This document shows, in pieces, positions 35,639 to 44,455 of a stretch of 47,261 bases of DNA. Origin of the DNA: an uncultured bacterium (GTDB lineage Bacteria; Pseudomonadota; Gammaproteobacteria; GCA-001735895). The notes under the pieces were generated by a model. The model did not search any database, had not been told where the DNA came from, and saw only the letters and a program-made list of their open reading frames with translations. Position 1 is the stretch's first letter; the number at the start of each line of letters is the position of its first letter. The stretch lies in assembly GCA_965370015.1 (NCBI GenBank), contig CBDUSZ010000002.1, positions 1-47,261 of the forward strand, written 5' to 3'. The position numbers and the translations under genes are program-made.

Positions 35639-38511
35639 GAGTTCACCAGTCCATTTACAAATGCCTGCCATTTTTTACGTGCAGGCTCCATTCCCGGAAC
35701 CCGTTTCATAGTCTCAAATTGGGGCCATGTCTGCTTCGGTTCGCTATCATCAGCCTTGTATACACGCACTCGCAGGTCGTACCAGGCCGCCTGCCCGGTA
35801 ACCGGATCCGAGTTCGAATAGCGGTAATCACCCTGATGCGACGGAATTTCTTCACTGATCAGGTGGTTGAGTAAAAAACCTTTTTGTGACTCGTTGGCCT
35901 TGTCGGTTAACGACCAACTACCCGAAGCCTTACCAATCGCATTCCAGGTCCACACCGTACCGGGTTCAACGGCTTCACTATAGCGACACATGCAACGTAC
36001 CCGACCATGCTCGGATTCCACCCAGATCCAGTCACCGTCGTTAAAACCATTCTTCACCCCAACTCGTGGGCTAACGAACAAATAGTTATGCGCATGGATT
36101 TGACGTAACCAGGCATTTTGTGAATCCCACGAGTGATACATCGCCATCGGTCGTTGCGTAATCGCATTGAGAGGGTATTTTTCCTTGTCGATGGTTTGGG
36201 TTTCGAGTGGCTCCGAATAAAACGGTAAGGGATCAAAATGCAATCGCACGCGTTCGCGTAAATGTTCAGGCGGTTGACGTCCGGCCCGCTTGCCTTCTGC
36301 GGCGAGCCGAAATTTCTGCAGGATCTCGGAATAGATATGTACATTAACCGGATCAGTATAGCGGATCAGACCGTGATCCTGCGCCCAGTGCAAATACCCA
36401 CGATTCCAGTTACGCATATACTGGTAAGATCGCGGAAGTTTGTACTGGTAAACACAGTTGTTCTTCGCATACATTTCCCATTGGTTCGGATTGGGCTCGC
36501 CACGCATGAACTTTTCACCGCCTTTGCCACGCCAACCGGCCAAAAATCCGATGCCCGAACCTGGTTCAGTTTCATAGTTGATTACCAGATCTTTGTAATC
36601 CTTGAACTTACGACTACCGTCGAAATTCATGAATCGTGGCAGTTTAAGACGCGTCGCGAGTTCGACAATGACATCCTGAAATGGACGGCATTCACCCCTG
36701 GGTGGCACCACAGGCACTCTGACCGAATCGGCTGGGCCTTCAAACTCTGAAATGGGCCGATCGAGCATCGACATCGCATCGTAGCGCTCCAGATAAGTAG
36801 TATCGGGCAATACGATATCGGCAAATGCGATAGTTTCCGAATGAAACGCGTCGCACACGATCAAGAACGGGATTTTGTATTCACCATCGTCGTTTTTATC
36901 AACCAGCATCTGGCGTACACGCATGGTATTCATCGACGAATTCCATGCCATATTTGCCATGAATAGCATGAGCGTATCAATTGGGTAGGGATCGCCGCGC
37001 CAGGCGTTGGTGATGGCGTTATGCATCAAGCCATGAACTGCCAACGGATATTCCCACGAAAAGCCCTTATCGAGACGCAATGGACCGCCCTCTTCATCGA
37101 CGAACAAATCTTCCGGTTCCGCCGGAAAACCAAGCGGCATGCCCTCAAGCGGCGCGCCGGGCTGAACCGCGTCGGGTGATTTTGGTGGCTTGGCACATGG
37201 TGGGATCGGGCGCGGAAATGGTGCTTTGTGGCGGAACCCACCCGGACGATCGATAGTGCCCAGTAATGACATCAAAATACCGAGCGCGCGAACAGTATGG
37301 AAGCCGTTGGAGTGTGCAGCCAGGCCCCGCATCGCATGAAACGATACTGGATTACCAGTAATCGATTCGTGCTCATTGCCCCAGGCATCGGTCCAGGGGA
37401 CAGGTAATTCGATTTGTTCATCGCGCGCGGTAATTCCCATTTCGTGGGCGAGGCGGCGAATTGTGTCTTGCGGGATACCGGTAATGCCTTCGGCCCACGC
37501 GGGAGTGTATTGTTCGACACGCTCTTTCAATAGCTGGAACGAGGGTTTAACCGGGGTGCCGTCTTCTAGTACAAACTCACCCATCAGGCGTGGATCGGCA
37601 TTCTGACTATGCGATCTTACTGCATTATCGCTATTACGATCCCACCACATCTTATTTTCTGGCTCGACACAGGTTTTCTCAATGGCTTCGATGGAACGCA
37701 AAAACATACCAAAATCCTTGCTCTCCGGGTCGACATTGACGAGATCGGGAGAATTGCTGTACTTCAAAAGAAACTCACGGTCGTAAAGTCCCAGCTTTAT
37801 AATTTCATGAATAATTGCGAGCAATAATGCACCATCAGTGCCGGGTTTAATGGCAATCCATTCATCGGCTATCGCCGCATAACCACTACGAACCGGGTTG
37901 ATCGAGATAAACTTACCGCCATTACGTTTGAACTGCGCGAGGGCAATTTTCATCGGATTCGAGTGATGGTCTTCGGCTGTACCGAGCATGATAAAAAGGC
38001 GAGAGCGCTCTAGATCAGGACCACCAAATTCCCAGAACGAACCGCCGATGGTATAAATCAGCCCGGCGGCCATATTGACCGAGCAAAATCCACCGTGGGC
38101 AGCGTAATTCGGTGTGCCAAACTGCTTGGCGAATAATCCGGTCAGTGCCTGCATCTGATCACGTCCAGTGAAAAGTGCGAAACGCTTCGGATCGGTTTCG
38201 CGAATGTGCTGAAGACGATCAGCAATCGTGCTGAATGCTTCTTCCCAGGAGATTTCTTCAAATTCTGACGCACCGCGTTCAGAGCCTGGCTTGCGTCGTA
38301 GTGGTTTGGTGAGCCTCGCCGGAGAATACTGTTTCATGATGCCCGAAGCACCCTTTGCGCACAGCACACCCTTATTGATCGGATGTTTTGGATTCCCTTC
38401 GATATAACGTACTACACCATTTTCGACCGTGACGTTAATACCGCAGCGACAGGCGCACATATAGCAAGTCGTCGACTTGATTTCGCTTTTTACCGCCGCA
38501 GTCTTCGCCAT
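35635..38511 (-). CDS. Molybdopterin (bis-MGD) oxidoreductase catalytic subunit without a Tat signal (SoeA-like cytoplasmic sulfite dehydrogenase architecture)
   Basis: 958-aa uninterrupted ORF. N-terminal FeS motif CYMCACRC…LCAKG (C-X2-C-X3-C-Xn-C) begins at residue ~16, with no RRxFLK leader. It has the length and block structure of the DMSO-reductase superfamily. Confidence 0.85.
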   Translation of the reverse strand: MAKTAAVKSEIKSTTCYMCACRCGINVTVENGVVRYIEGNPKHPINKGVLCAKGASGIMKQYSPARLTKPLRRKPGSERGASEFEEISWEEAFSTIADRLQHIRETDPKRFALFTGRDQMQALTGLFAKQFGTPNYAAHGGFCSVNMAAGLIYTIGGSFWEFGGPDLERSRLFIMLGTAEDHHSNPMKIALAQFKRNGGKFISINPVRSGYAAIADEWIAIKPGTDGALLLAIIHEIIKLGLYDREFLLKYSNSPDLVNVDPESKDFGMFLRSIEAIEKTCVEPENKMWWDRNSDNAVRSHSQNADPRLMGEFVLEDGTPVKPSFQLLKERVEQYTPAWAEGITGIPQDTIRRLAHEMGITARDEQIELPVPWTDAWGNEHESITGNPVSFHAMRGLAAHSNGFHTVRALGILMSLLGTIDRPGGFRHKAPFPRPIPPCAKPPKSPDAVQPGAPLEGMPLGFPAEPEDLFVDEEGGPLRLDKGFSWEYPLAVHGLMHNAITNAWRGDPYPIDTLMLFMANMAWNSSMNTMRVRQMLVDKNDDGEYKIPFLIVCDAFHSETIAFADIVLPDTTYLERYDAMSMLDRPISEFEGPADSVRVPVVPPRGECRPFQDVIVELATRLKLPRFMNFDGSRKFKDYKDLVINYETEPGSGIGFLAGWRGKGGEKFMRGEPNPNQWEMYAKNNCVYQYKLPRSYQYMRNWNRGYLHWAQDHGLIRYTDPVNVHIYSEILQKFRLAAEGKRAGRQPPEHLRERVRLHFDPLPFYSEPLETQTIDKEKYPLNAITQRPMAMYHSWDSQNAWLRQIHAHNYLFVSPRVGVKNGFNDGDWIWVESEHGRVRCMCRYSEAVEPGTVWTWNAIGKASGSWSLTDKANESQKGFLLNHLISEEIPSHQGDYRYSNSDPVTGQAAWYDLRVRVYKADDSEPKQTWPQFETMKRVPGMEPARKKWQAFVNGLVNS

Positions 38512-38605
38512 CGATTTCGATCCGTAATAATTGAGGAAGACATTCAGTGTGAGAGCCTATCGGCGGATAATCAAAATAATTTTTTTAATTGGGCGAATAA
38601 ATCTA

Positions 38606-38659
38606 CTAATATGTAATAAATAGTACTTATATGTTATTACTGCTTATATGTATTATTAA
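38606..38659. promoter_or_regulatory. Three direct repeats CT(A/T)ATATGT(A/T)… in the AT-rich divergent region between the molybdoenzyme and ABC operons
   Basis: CTAATATGTAATA (from 38606), CTTATATGTTATT (from 38626) and CTTATATGTATTA (from 38643), spaced 20 and 17 nt apart. They lie ~95-145 nt upstream of the Mo-subunit start codon. Confidence 0.35.
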
Positions 38660-38896
38660 TATCTAAGCTGCTGGCTAGACCGCATATCCCGGGTGAGGAA
38701 ACGAAGGCCCGGAAACGCAGGTTTCGATATACCCAGGCTCCCGAATCCCTTGATAAACTCTATATCACTCACCGCCCTGGTACGATATATGGGCTGTGCT
38801 TGCCGATGTCTTTTGTGTAGACTGCGGCTCAATTCTTACCACCTGGCAGCAAACTAAACCGATGATAATATTCTTAGTCCCTGGAATCGCTAAATT

Positions 38897-39694
38897 ATGA
38901 TTCGAGTGGAAAATTTATCGAAACATTTTAGTGGCTTGAAGGCAGTCAATAATATTTCGATCAATATTGCCAAAGGCACCATTACCGGTCTAATCGGCCC
39001 AAACGGGGCCGGAAAGACGACTCTATTTAACACCATTGCTGGTGTATATAAACCTACCTCGGGGCGGGTATATCTTGGCAATGAAGATATTACAGGACTC
39101 AAGCCGCATCAACTATTCAGTAAAGGATTGTTACGAACTTTTCAAATCGCGCATGAATTCTCGCGCCTTAGTGTTAGCGAAAACCTGATGATGGTGCCAG
39201 GCAATCAATCGGGAGAAAATTTGATGAATGCCTGGTTTCGGCGCAGCGAGGTTGATCTGGAGGAGAATGCCATCCACGATAAGGCAATGGAAGTCATCGA
39301 TTTTTTAAACCTGGGGCATATTGCTGACGAACCAGCTGGAAATCTTTCCGGCGGCCAGAAAAAACTGCTGGAATTAGGTCGCACTATGATGGTCGATGCC
39401 AGCATCGTTTTTCTCGACGAAGTAGGCGCAGGTGTTAATCGCACACTATTAAAGGAAATTGGTAATGCGATTATCAAACTCAATGAAGAAAAGGGTTATA
39501 CATTTTGCATGATTGAGCATGACATGGACTTTATTGGACGCATGTGTGACCCGGTGATATGTATGGCAGAAGGTGCGGTACTTGCCGAAGGCACTGCCAA
39601 AGAAATCCAGAATAACGAAGAAGTAATCGAGGCCTATCTGGGTCGCGGATTAAAAAACAAAGAATTAAAGACCAGATCTGGAGCGCAAGCATGA
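38897..39694 (+). CDS. livG: Branched-chain-amino-acid-type (HAAT family) ABC transporter ATP-binding protein, LivG-like
   Basis: 265-aa ORF. Walker A GPNGAGKTT, signature LSGGQKKLLELGR, Walker B VFLDEVGAG, and the LivG-type C-terminal EVIEAYLG. Confidence 0.88.
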   Translation: MIRVENLSKHFSGLKAVNNISINIAKGTITGLIGPNGAGKTTLFNTIAGVYKPTSGRVYLGNEDITGLKPHQLFSKGLLRTFQIAHEFSRLSVSENLMMVPGNQSGENLMNAWFRRSEVDLEENAIHDKAMEVIDFLNLGHIADEPAGNLSGGQKKLLELGRTMMVDASIVFLDEVGAGVNRTLLKEIGNAIIKLNEEKGYTFCMIEHDMDFIGRMCDPVICMAEGAVLAEGTAKEIQNNEEVIEAYLGRGLKNKELKTRSGAQA

Positions 39695-40395
39695 GCTTTT
39701 TAAGCGGCCAAAATATGACTGGAGGTTACGGTGGCGCCGATATTTTGAAAGGCTGTACCATTGCCGTCGATAAGGGCGAAATTGCGGTCATAGTCGGTCC
39801 CAATGGTGCGGGCAAGTCGACTGCCATGAAGGCGATACTTGGAATGCTGGATTTGAGGGAGGGTTCAGTAATCTTCAAAGGCAAGGATATCACCCATTTA
39901 TCACCTCAGGCCCGCGTTGCCGAAGGTATCGCTTTTGTGCCGCAAAATAACAATGTGTTCGTCAATATGACAGTATTCGAAAATCTTGAAATGGGTGCGT
40001 TCCTGCGCAACGATGATATCAGTGAAACACTCGAGCAGGTATTTGAGCTATTCCCAATACTCGCGGAAAAGCAGGGACAATTGACCGGTGAACTCTCCGG
40101 CGGCCAACGCCAGCAAGTCGCAGTTGCCAGAGCCTTAATGTCTCAACCTTCAGTTTTAATGCTAGATGAACCAACTGCTGGCGTATCCCCGATCGTGATG
40201 GACGAGTTATTTGACCGCATTCTTGAAATACGACAATCCGGCGTAGCGATTTTGATGGTCGAACAAAACGCCCGGCAGGCACTCAATATTGCGGACAAGG
40301 GATTTGTACTCGTCATCGGTGAAAATCGGCACACGGATACAGGGCAAGCCCTACTTAACAACCCTGAAGTTCGACGTTCATTCCTCGGGGGTTAG
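39691..40395 (+). CDS. livF: HAAT-family ABC transporter ATP-binding protein, LivF-like
   Basis: 234-aa ORF. GPNGAGKST, LSGGQRQQVAVARAL, LMLDEPTAG. ATGA overlap with livG-like. Confidence 0.88.
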   Translation: MSFLSGQNMTGGYGGADILKGCTIAVDKGEIAVIVGPNGAGKSTAMKAILGMLDLREGSVIFKGKDITHLSPQARVAEGIAFVPQNNNVFVNMTVFENLEMGAFLRNDDISETLEQVFELFPILAEKQGQLTGELSGGQRQQVAVARALMSQPSVLMLDEPTAGVSPIVMDELFDRILEIRQSGVAILMVEQNARQALNIADKGFVLVIGENRHTDTGQALLNNPEVRRSFLGG

Positions 40396-40397
40396 CG

Positions 40398-41420
40398 GTG
40401 GAAGCATTAATTGATTTTCTAAATGCGTTGGTACTGCTGCTCAATTTTATCGTCGTACCTGCACTGTCTTACGGCTCTCAACTAGCACTCGGCGCACTCG
40501 GCATTACACTGATTTTCGGCATACTTCGATTCGCCAATTTTGCTCACGGCGACACGATGGCTTTCGGCACCATGATTACCATTCTCGTAACCTGGTGGCT
40601 ACAGTCAAAGGGCATCAGCCTGGGACCTTTACCCACAGCGTTGCTGGCATTACCGGTCGGCATTGCTTTCACCGTTGCGCTGATGGTATTCACCGACAAA
40701 ACCGTTTATCGATATTATCGACACCACAAGGCCCCGCCAGTTACGCTGATGATTGCATCGATGGGCGTGATGTTCATGACCAATGGAATTGTGCGTTTCA
40801 TCATTGGGCCGAACGATCAACGTTTTTTCGATGGTGAGCGATTTATCATCCACGCCCGCAACTTCAAGGCGGTTACTGGGCTCAGCGAAGGCTTGTCCAT
40901 TAAGGTTTCGCAGGGACTGACTATTTTTATCGCGATTCTGCTGGTTATAGCGCTATTCTGGTTTTTACAGAAAACCCGCACCGGCAAGGGTATGCGCGCC
41001 TATTCGGACAATGAAGATCTGGCATTGCTGTCTGGTGTTGACCCGGACCGGGTTGTGCTCGTGACCTGGATTCTGGCGGCAATTCTGGCGACTATAGCCG
41101 GTACCTTATACGGCCTCGACAAGAGTTTTAAGCCTTTTACCTACCTTCAGTTATTGCTACCAATGTTCGCGGCGGCAATAGTCGGCGGTATTGGTAACCC
41201 GGTCGGCGCGATCCTGGGCGGCTACGTGATCGCGTTTTCCGAAGTATTCATCACTTACGCCTATAAGAAAGTGTTTGTCTACCTGTTGCCTTCTGCGCTG
41301 GAACCCTCTGGTTTGATGCAATTACTCTCAACCGACTACAAGTTTGCGGTGTCGTTTATCATTTTGGTGCTGGTACTACTGGTCAAGCCAACGGGCATAC
41401 TAAAAGGCAAGGTGCTATGA
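40398..41420 (+). CDS. livH: HAAT-family ABC transporter permease, LivH-like
   Basis: 340-aa polytopic ORF with a GTG start. FAHGDTMAFG and the RAYSDNEDLALLSGV block are typical of LivH. Confidence 0.85.
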   Translation: MEALIDFLNALVLLLNFIVVPALSYGSQLALGALGITLIFGILRFANFAHGDTMAFGTMITILVTWWLQSKGISLGPLPTALLALPVGIAFTVALMVFTDKTVYRYYRHHKAPPVTLMIASMGVMFMTNGIVRFIIGPNDQRFFDGERFIIHARNFKAVTGLSEGLSIKVSQGLTIFIAILLVIALFWFLQKTRTGKGMRAYSDNEDLALLSGVDPDRVVLVTWILAAILATIAGTLYGLDKSFKPFTYLQLLLPMFAAAIVGGIGNPVGAILGGYVIAFSEVFITYAYKKVFVYLLPSALEPSGLMQLLSTDYKFAVSFIILVLVLLVKPTGILKGKVL

Positions 41421-42787
41421 GCAGCGAACGAAGAACCTGGCTGGCATATAGTATTATTGGATTGTTATTTCTGATCGTCGGATTTAGTCAATCCTGGTCC
41501 GTCGCACTGGGAATATTCAATCTCTGTCTGATTTCTGCAGTGATGGCTCTGGGGGTGAATATTCAATGGGGTTATGCCGGTCTCCTCAACGTCGGCATCA
41601 TGGGTTTTGCTGCGCTCGGAGGCATGACAGCAGTATTAGTCTCACAAGCCCCGGTCGTAGCCGCCTGGGAGGCGGGATGGGCAAAGCTACTATTATCAGC
41701 TGTATGTTTTGCAGCCACCGTTGGTTTAGCCCTTATCGCTTATCGAAAAATGGGTAGCGGACAACATCGAACTATGATGATAAGCGCAATACTCATAATT
41801 GGTCTGTTTTTAACGCGTTATTTTCTTGACCCGGCAGTGGCGTCGATTGAAGCCATAGAACCGGCAAAAACCGGCTTTCTGGGTGGAATGGGGATGCCAA
41901 TTCTGTTTTCATGGGTGATAGGCGGAATGGTGGCGGCTGGAATCGCCTGGTTGATCGGCAAGGTCGCTCTTGGTCTGCGTGCAGATTACCTGGCTATCGC
42001 CACGCTGGGTATTTCTGAAATAATTATCGCCGTGTTGAAAAACGAAGACTGGTTAACCCGCGGTGTTAAAAATGTCACCGGTCTACCTCGCCCGGTACCC
42101 TATGAGATTGAATTGCAATCCAGCGACTGGTTCCTGAACCTGATCAGCTGGTGGCACAGTGGATCATTATCGACCCTGGCCAACGCTGACAAACAGGCGG
42201 CACTCAGACAATTCACTATTGAGGGATCGAGTATTTTCGTAAAGCTTTGTTATACCGGGTTGTTTGCCACAGTTTTGGTCATTATATTATTGTTGAGTGT
42301 CAGGGCGCTTAATTCTCCCTGGGGACGCATGATGCGCGCGATCCGAGACAATGAAATTGCGGCGAGCGCGATGGGTAAGGATGTTACCCGCAGGCACTTG
42401 CAAATTTTTGTTATCGGTTCGGCCGTTATAGGAATAGCCGGTGCCATGCTGACGACCCTGGATGGACAGTTCACACCCACTGCATACCAACCTCTGCGTT
42501 TCACCTTCTTGATATGGGTTATGGTTATCGTTGGCGGCTCGGGCAACAATATGGGATCGGTGCTCGGTGGATTCCTGATCTGGCTGGTGTGGATAGAGGC
42601 CGAACCAATCGGTGTCTGGATGATGGAATTCGGTACCTCGTGGATGGACGAAGGCAATGCAATCAGGATTCACCTGATAGACAACGCGCAACATATGCGG
42701 TTGTTCTTTATGGGGCTGGTATTATTGCTCGTGCTTCGATTTAGTCCCGGCGGCATTTTGCCGGAAGTGAACAGGAAAAGAAGTTAA
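41417..42787 (+). CDS. livM: HAAT-family ABC transporter permease, LivM-like (enlarged)
   Basis: 456-aa polytopic ORF. GYAGLLNVG start and the MRAIRDNEIAASAMG block are typical of LivM. ATGA overlap with livH-like. Confidence 0.85.
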   Translation: MSSERRTWLAYSIIGLLFLIVGFSQSWSVALGIFNLCLISAVMALGVNIQWGYAGLLNVGIMGFAALGGMTAVLVSQAPVVAAWEAGWAKLLLSAVCFAATVGLALIAYRKMGSGQHRTMMISAILIIGLFLTRYFLDPAVASIEAIEPAKTGFLGGMGMPILFSWVIGGMVAAGIAWLIGKVALGLRADYLAIATLGISEIIIAVLKNEDWLTRGVKNVTGLPRPVPYEIELQSSDWFLNLISWWHSGSLSTLANADKQAALRQFTIEGSSIFVKLCYTGLFATVLVIILLLSVRALNSPWGRMMRAIRDNEIAASAMGKDVTRRHLQIFVIGSAVIGIAGAMLTTLDGQFTPTAYQPLRFTFLIWVMVIVGGSGNNMGSVLGGFLIWLVWIEAEPIGVWMMEFGTSWMDEGNAIRIHLIDNAQHMRLFFMGLVLLLVLRFSPGGILPEVNRKRS

Positions 42788-42953
42788 TCTGCAGAGAACC
42801 TGGGAATATACGCTGGGGAAAAGCCTGGGCCTGAGAAAAGCAGGGGAAACCTGATCGATGCAGACCTTCCTCGGACCTGCGCTTCGACTTAACCCATTTT
42901 AACCAGGCATCCGAGTGACTCGGAATTCATTAGAGGCTCCAATATAAAAAACT

Positions 42954-42981
42954 CCGGGCTCCTTGAGCGAGCCCGGGTTTT
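42954..42981. terminator. Bidirectional rho-independent terminator between convergent livM-like and binding-protein genes
   Basis: Stem CCGGGCTC/GAGCCCGG (8 bp), 7-nt loop, A-run upstream (ATAAAAAACT) and a T-run downstream (GTTTT). Confidence 0.65.
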
Positions 42982-43029
42982 AATAACAGAGATACATACT
43001 GAGATAAGCCCAGCCTGAATCGGAGCTAC

Positions 43030-44217
43030 CTAGTGAACTTTAACAGTATTAAATTTACCATTGCCGACTTCGAGTTCCTTGTAGGTTCCGAAAACTTCAC
43101 CGACATCATTAAATTCAACATTGGTAGCACCCTGATAATTAACGTCACCACCGGCTGCTATAATTTTTAATGCCTTGTCTAATTCACCTGGACCGATTTC
43201 CTTACCTGGAGCATTGGCTACCATCATCATTTTGGACTGGATAGCCGCCCGATCAGCGGAACCTGCAGCCTGCATCGCCAGTATAATCAATGCCGCAGCG
43301 TCATAGGACTCGGGTACAAATGGACCGTCCGCCGAAACACCATTGGCGCTGGCATATTTGGTGAACGCGTCGGCACCTGAAGATCCGCCTGGTAAGGTCG
43401 CTATGGCGCCATCAAGATCAGAGCCAATGGCTGCAATTAACGATTCTCCAACCATCCCATCGGCGAGGATAAAATTACTGAATGCATCCGAATCTATTGA
43501 GGCCTGGATAATACCCTTGCCACCCTGGTCAACATATCCAAAGACGGCCAGATATTTTGAGCCTGATGCTGACAAGGCACCGACCTCAGCAGAATAATCC
43601 GCCTTACCATCTTCGTGAGCGGCAATAATCGAGATTTTGCCGCCTTTCGCCTTGAATGCCTTGCTAAAAGAATCGGACAAACCCTTACCATAGTCATTAT
43701 TGGTATAGGTAACAGCAACTTCACTGATCCCACGGCTAGATAACACATCGGCCAGTACCTGACCCTGTCTTGCATCGGAAGGTGCCGTTCTATGGAAGAA
43801 CCCCTTGTCATCGATGGTAGAAAGCGCGGGAGAGGTAGCAGATGGAGACACCATCACCACACCGTTGGGAACAGCAACATTATTGGCAATCGCGGTTGTT
43901 ACGCCGGAGCAGTCGGCACCCATGATCGCTACGACATTGTCAGAAGTGATCAACCTTTCAGCAACAGCTGTAGCCGCAGCCGAATCGATACAGGTAGAAT
44001 CACCACGAACACTAACAATTGTACTTCCGTCGAGCAGACTGCCTGACTTTGACGCTTCTGAAAAAGCCAGTTCGGCACCATCCGCCATTGATGGTGTGAG
44101 TGACTCAATTGGACCGGTAAAACCAAGTATAATACCAATTTTGATCTCTTCAGCGATAACGGGTGCTGACAATGTAGCTAACATTGTTGAGGCTATAAGA
44201 ATTTTTTTCATGTGCAC
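43030..44217 (-). CDS. Periplasmic substrate-binding protein, Leu/Ile/Val-binding (type I PBP) family
   Basis: 395-aa ORF. Signal peptide MKKILIASTMLATLSAPVIA-EE, then IKIGIILGFTGPIESL, typical of LivJ/K-family binders. Confidence 0.85.
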   Translation of the reverse strand: MHMKKILIASTMLATLSAPVIAEEIKIGIILGFTGPIESLTPSMADGAELAFSEASKSGSLLDGSTIVSVRGDSTCIDSAAATAVAERLITSDNVVAIMGADCSGVTTAIANNVAVPNGVVMVSPSATSPALSTIDDKGFFHRTAPSDARQGQVLADVLSSRGISEVAVTYTNNDYGKGLSDSFSKAFKAKGGKISIIAAHEDGKADYSAEVGALSASGSKYLAVFGYVDQGGKGIIQASIDSDAFSNFILADGMVGESLIAAIGSDLDGAIATLPGGSSGADAFTKYASANGVSADGPFVPESYDAAALIILAMQAAGSADRAAIQSKMMMVANAPGKEIGPGELDKALKIIAAGGDVNYQGATNVEFNDVGEVFGTYKELEVGNGKFNTVKVH

Positions 44218-44250
44218 TCTCTCAATAATTTAATTTATCGTTTTTAGTTG

Positions 44251-44286
44251 CTCGAAATTCATGAGGAATAATGGTTGAATTTCGAG
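44251..44286. promoter_or_regulatory. Perfect 11-bp inverted repeat (CTCGAAATTCA-N14-TGAATTTCGAG) in the divergent binding-protein/DAHP-synthase region
   Basis: Arms at 44251-44261 and 44276-44286. The spacer TGAGGAATAATGGT contains an SD-like GAGGA and an ATG. Confidence 0.4.
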
Positions 44287-44455
44287 TTTGCAAGCCGATA
44301 TTATCACTGTTTTTAGCTGCTTGCATATGCCCACTCCAATTTCATTGTCAAAAGGCCCTGTATTTTTGTATTTTCGGTGGATTTGGGTTGCTTTTATTCA
44401 CCATTCTCTTTACTTTCAAGCGTCTTTTAATTTATCTGAATAGCCTGGACCAACC

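Noticed and set aside
35635-38511. Possible selenocysteine (in-frame TGA) recoding in the molybdopterin subunit, as in formate dehydrogenases
   Set aside because: The 958-codon ORF is uninterrupted, and no in-frame TGA is needed to obtain a full-length protein.
38680-38896. Riboswitch (for example guanidine or amino-acid sensing) in the ~200-nt leader of the liv-type operon
   Set aside because: Short local hairpins only (GAAAC-GCAG-GTTTC). No recognisable conserved riboswitch core, so it is not supportable without a covariance-model search.
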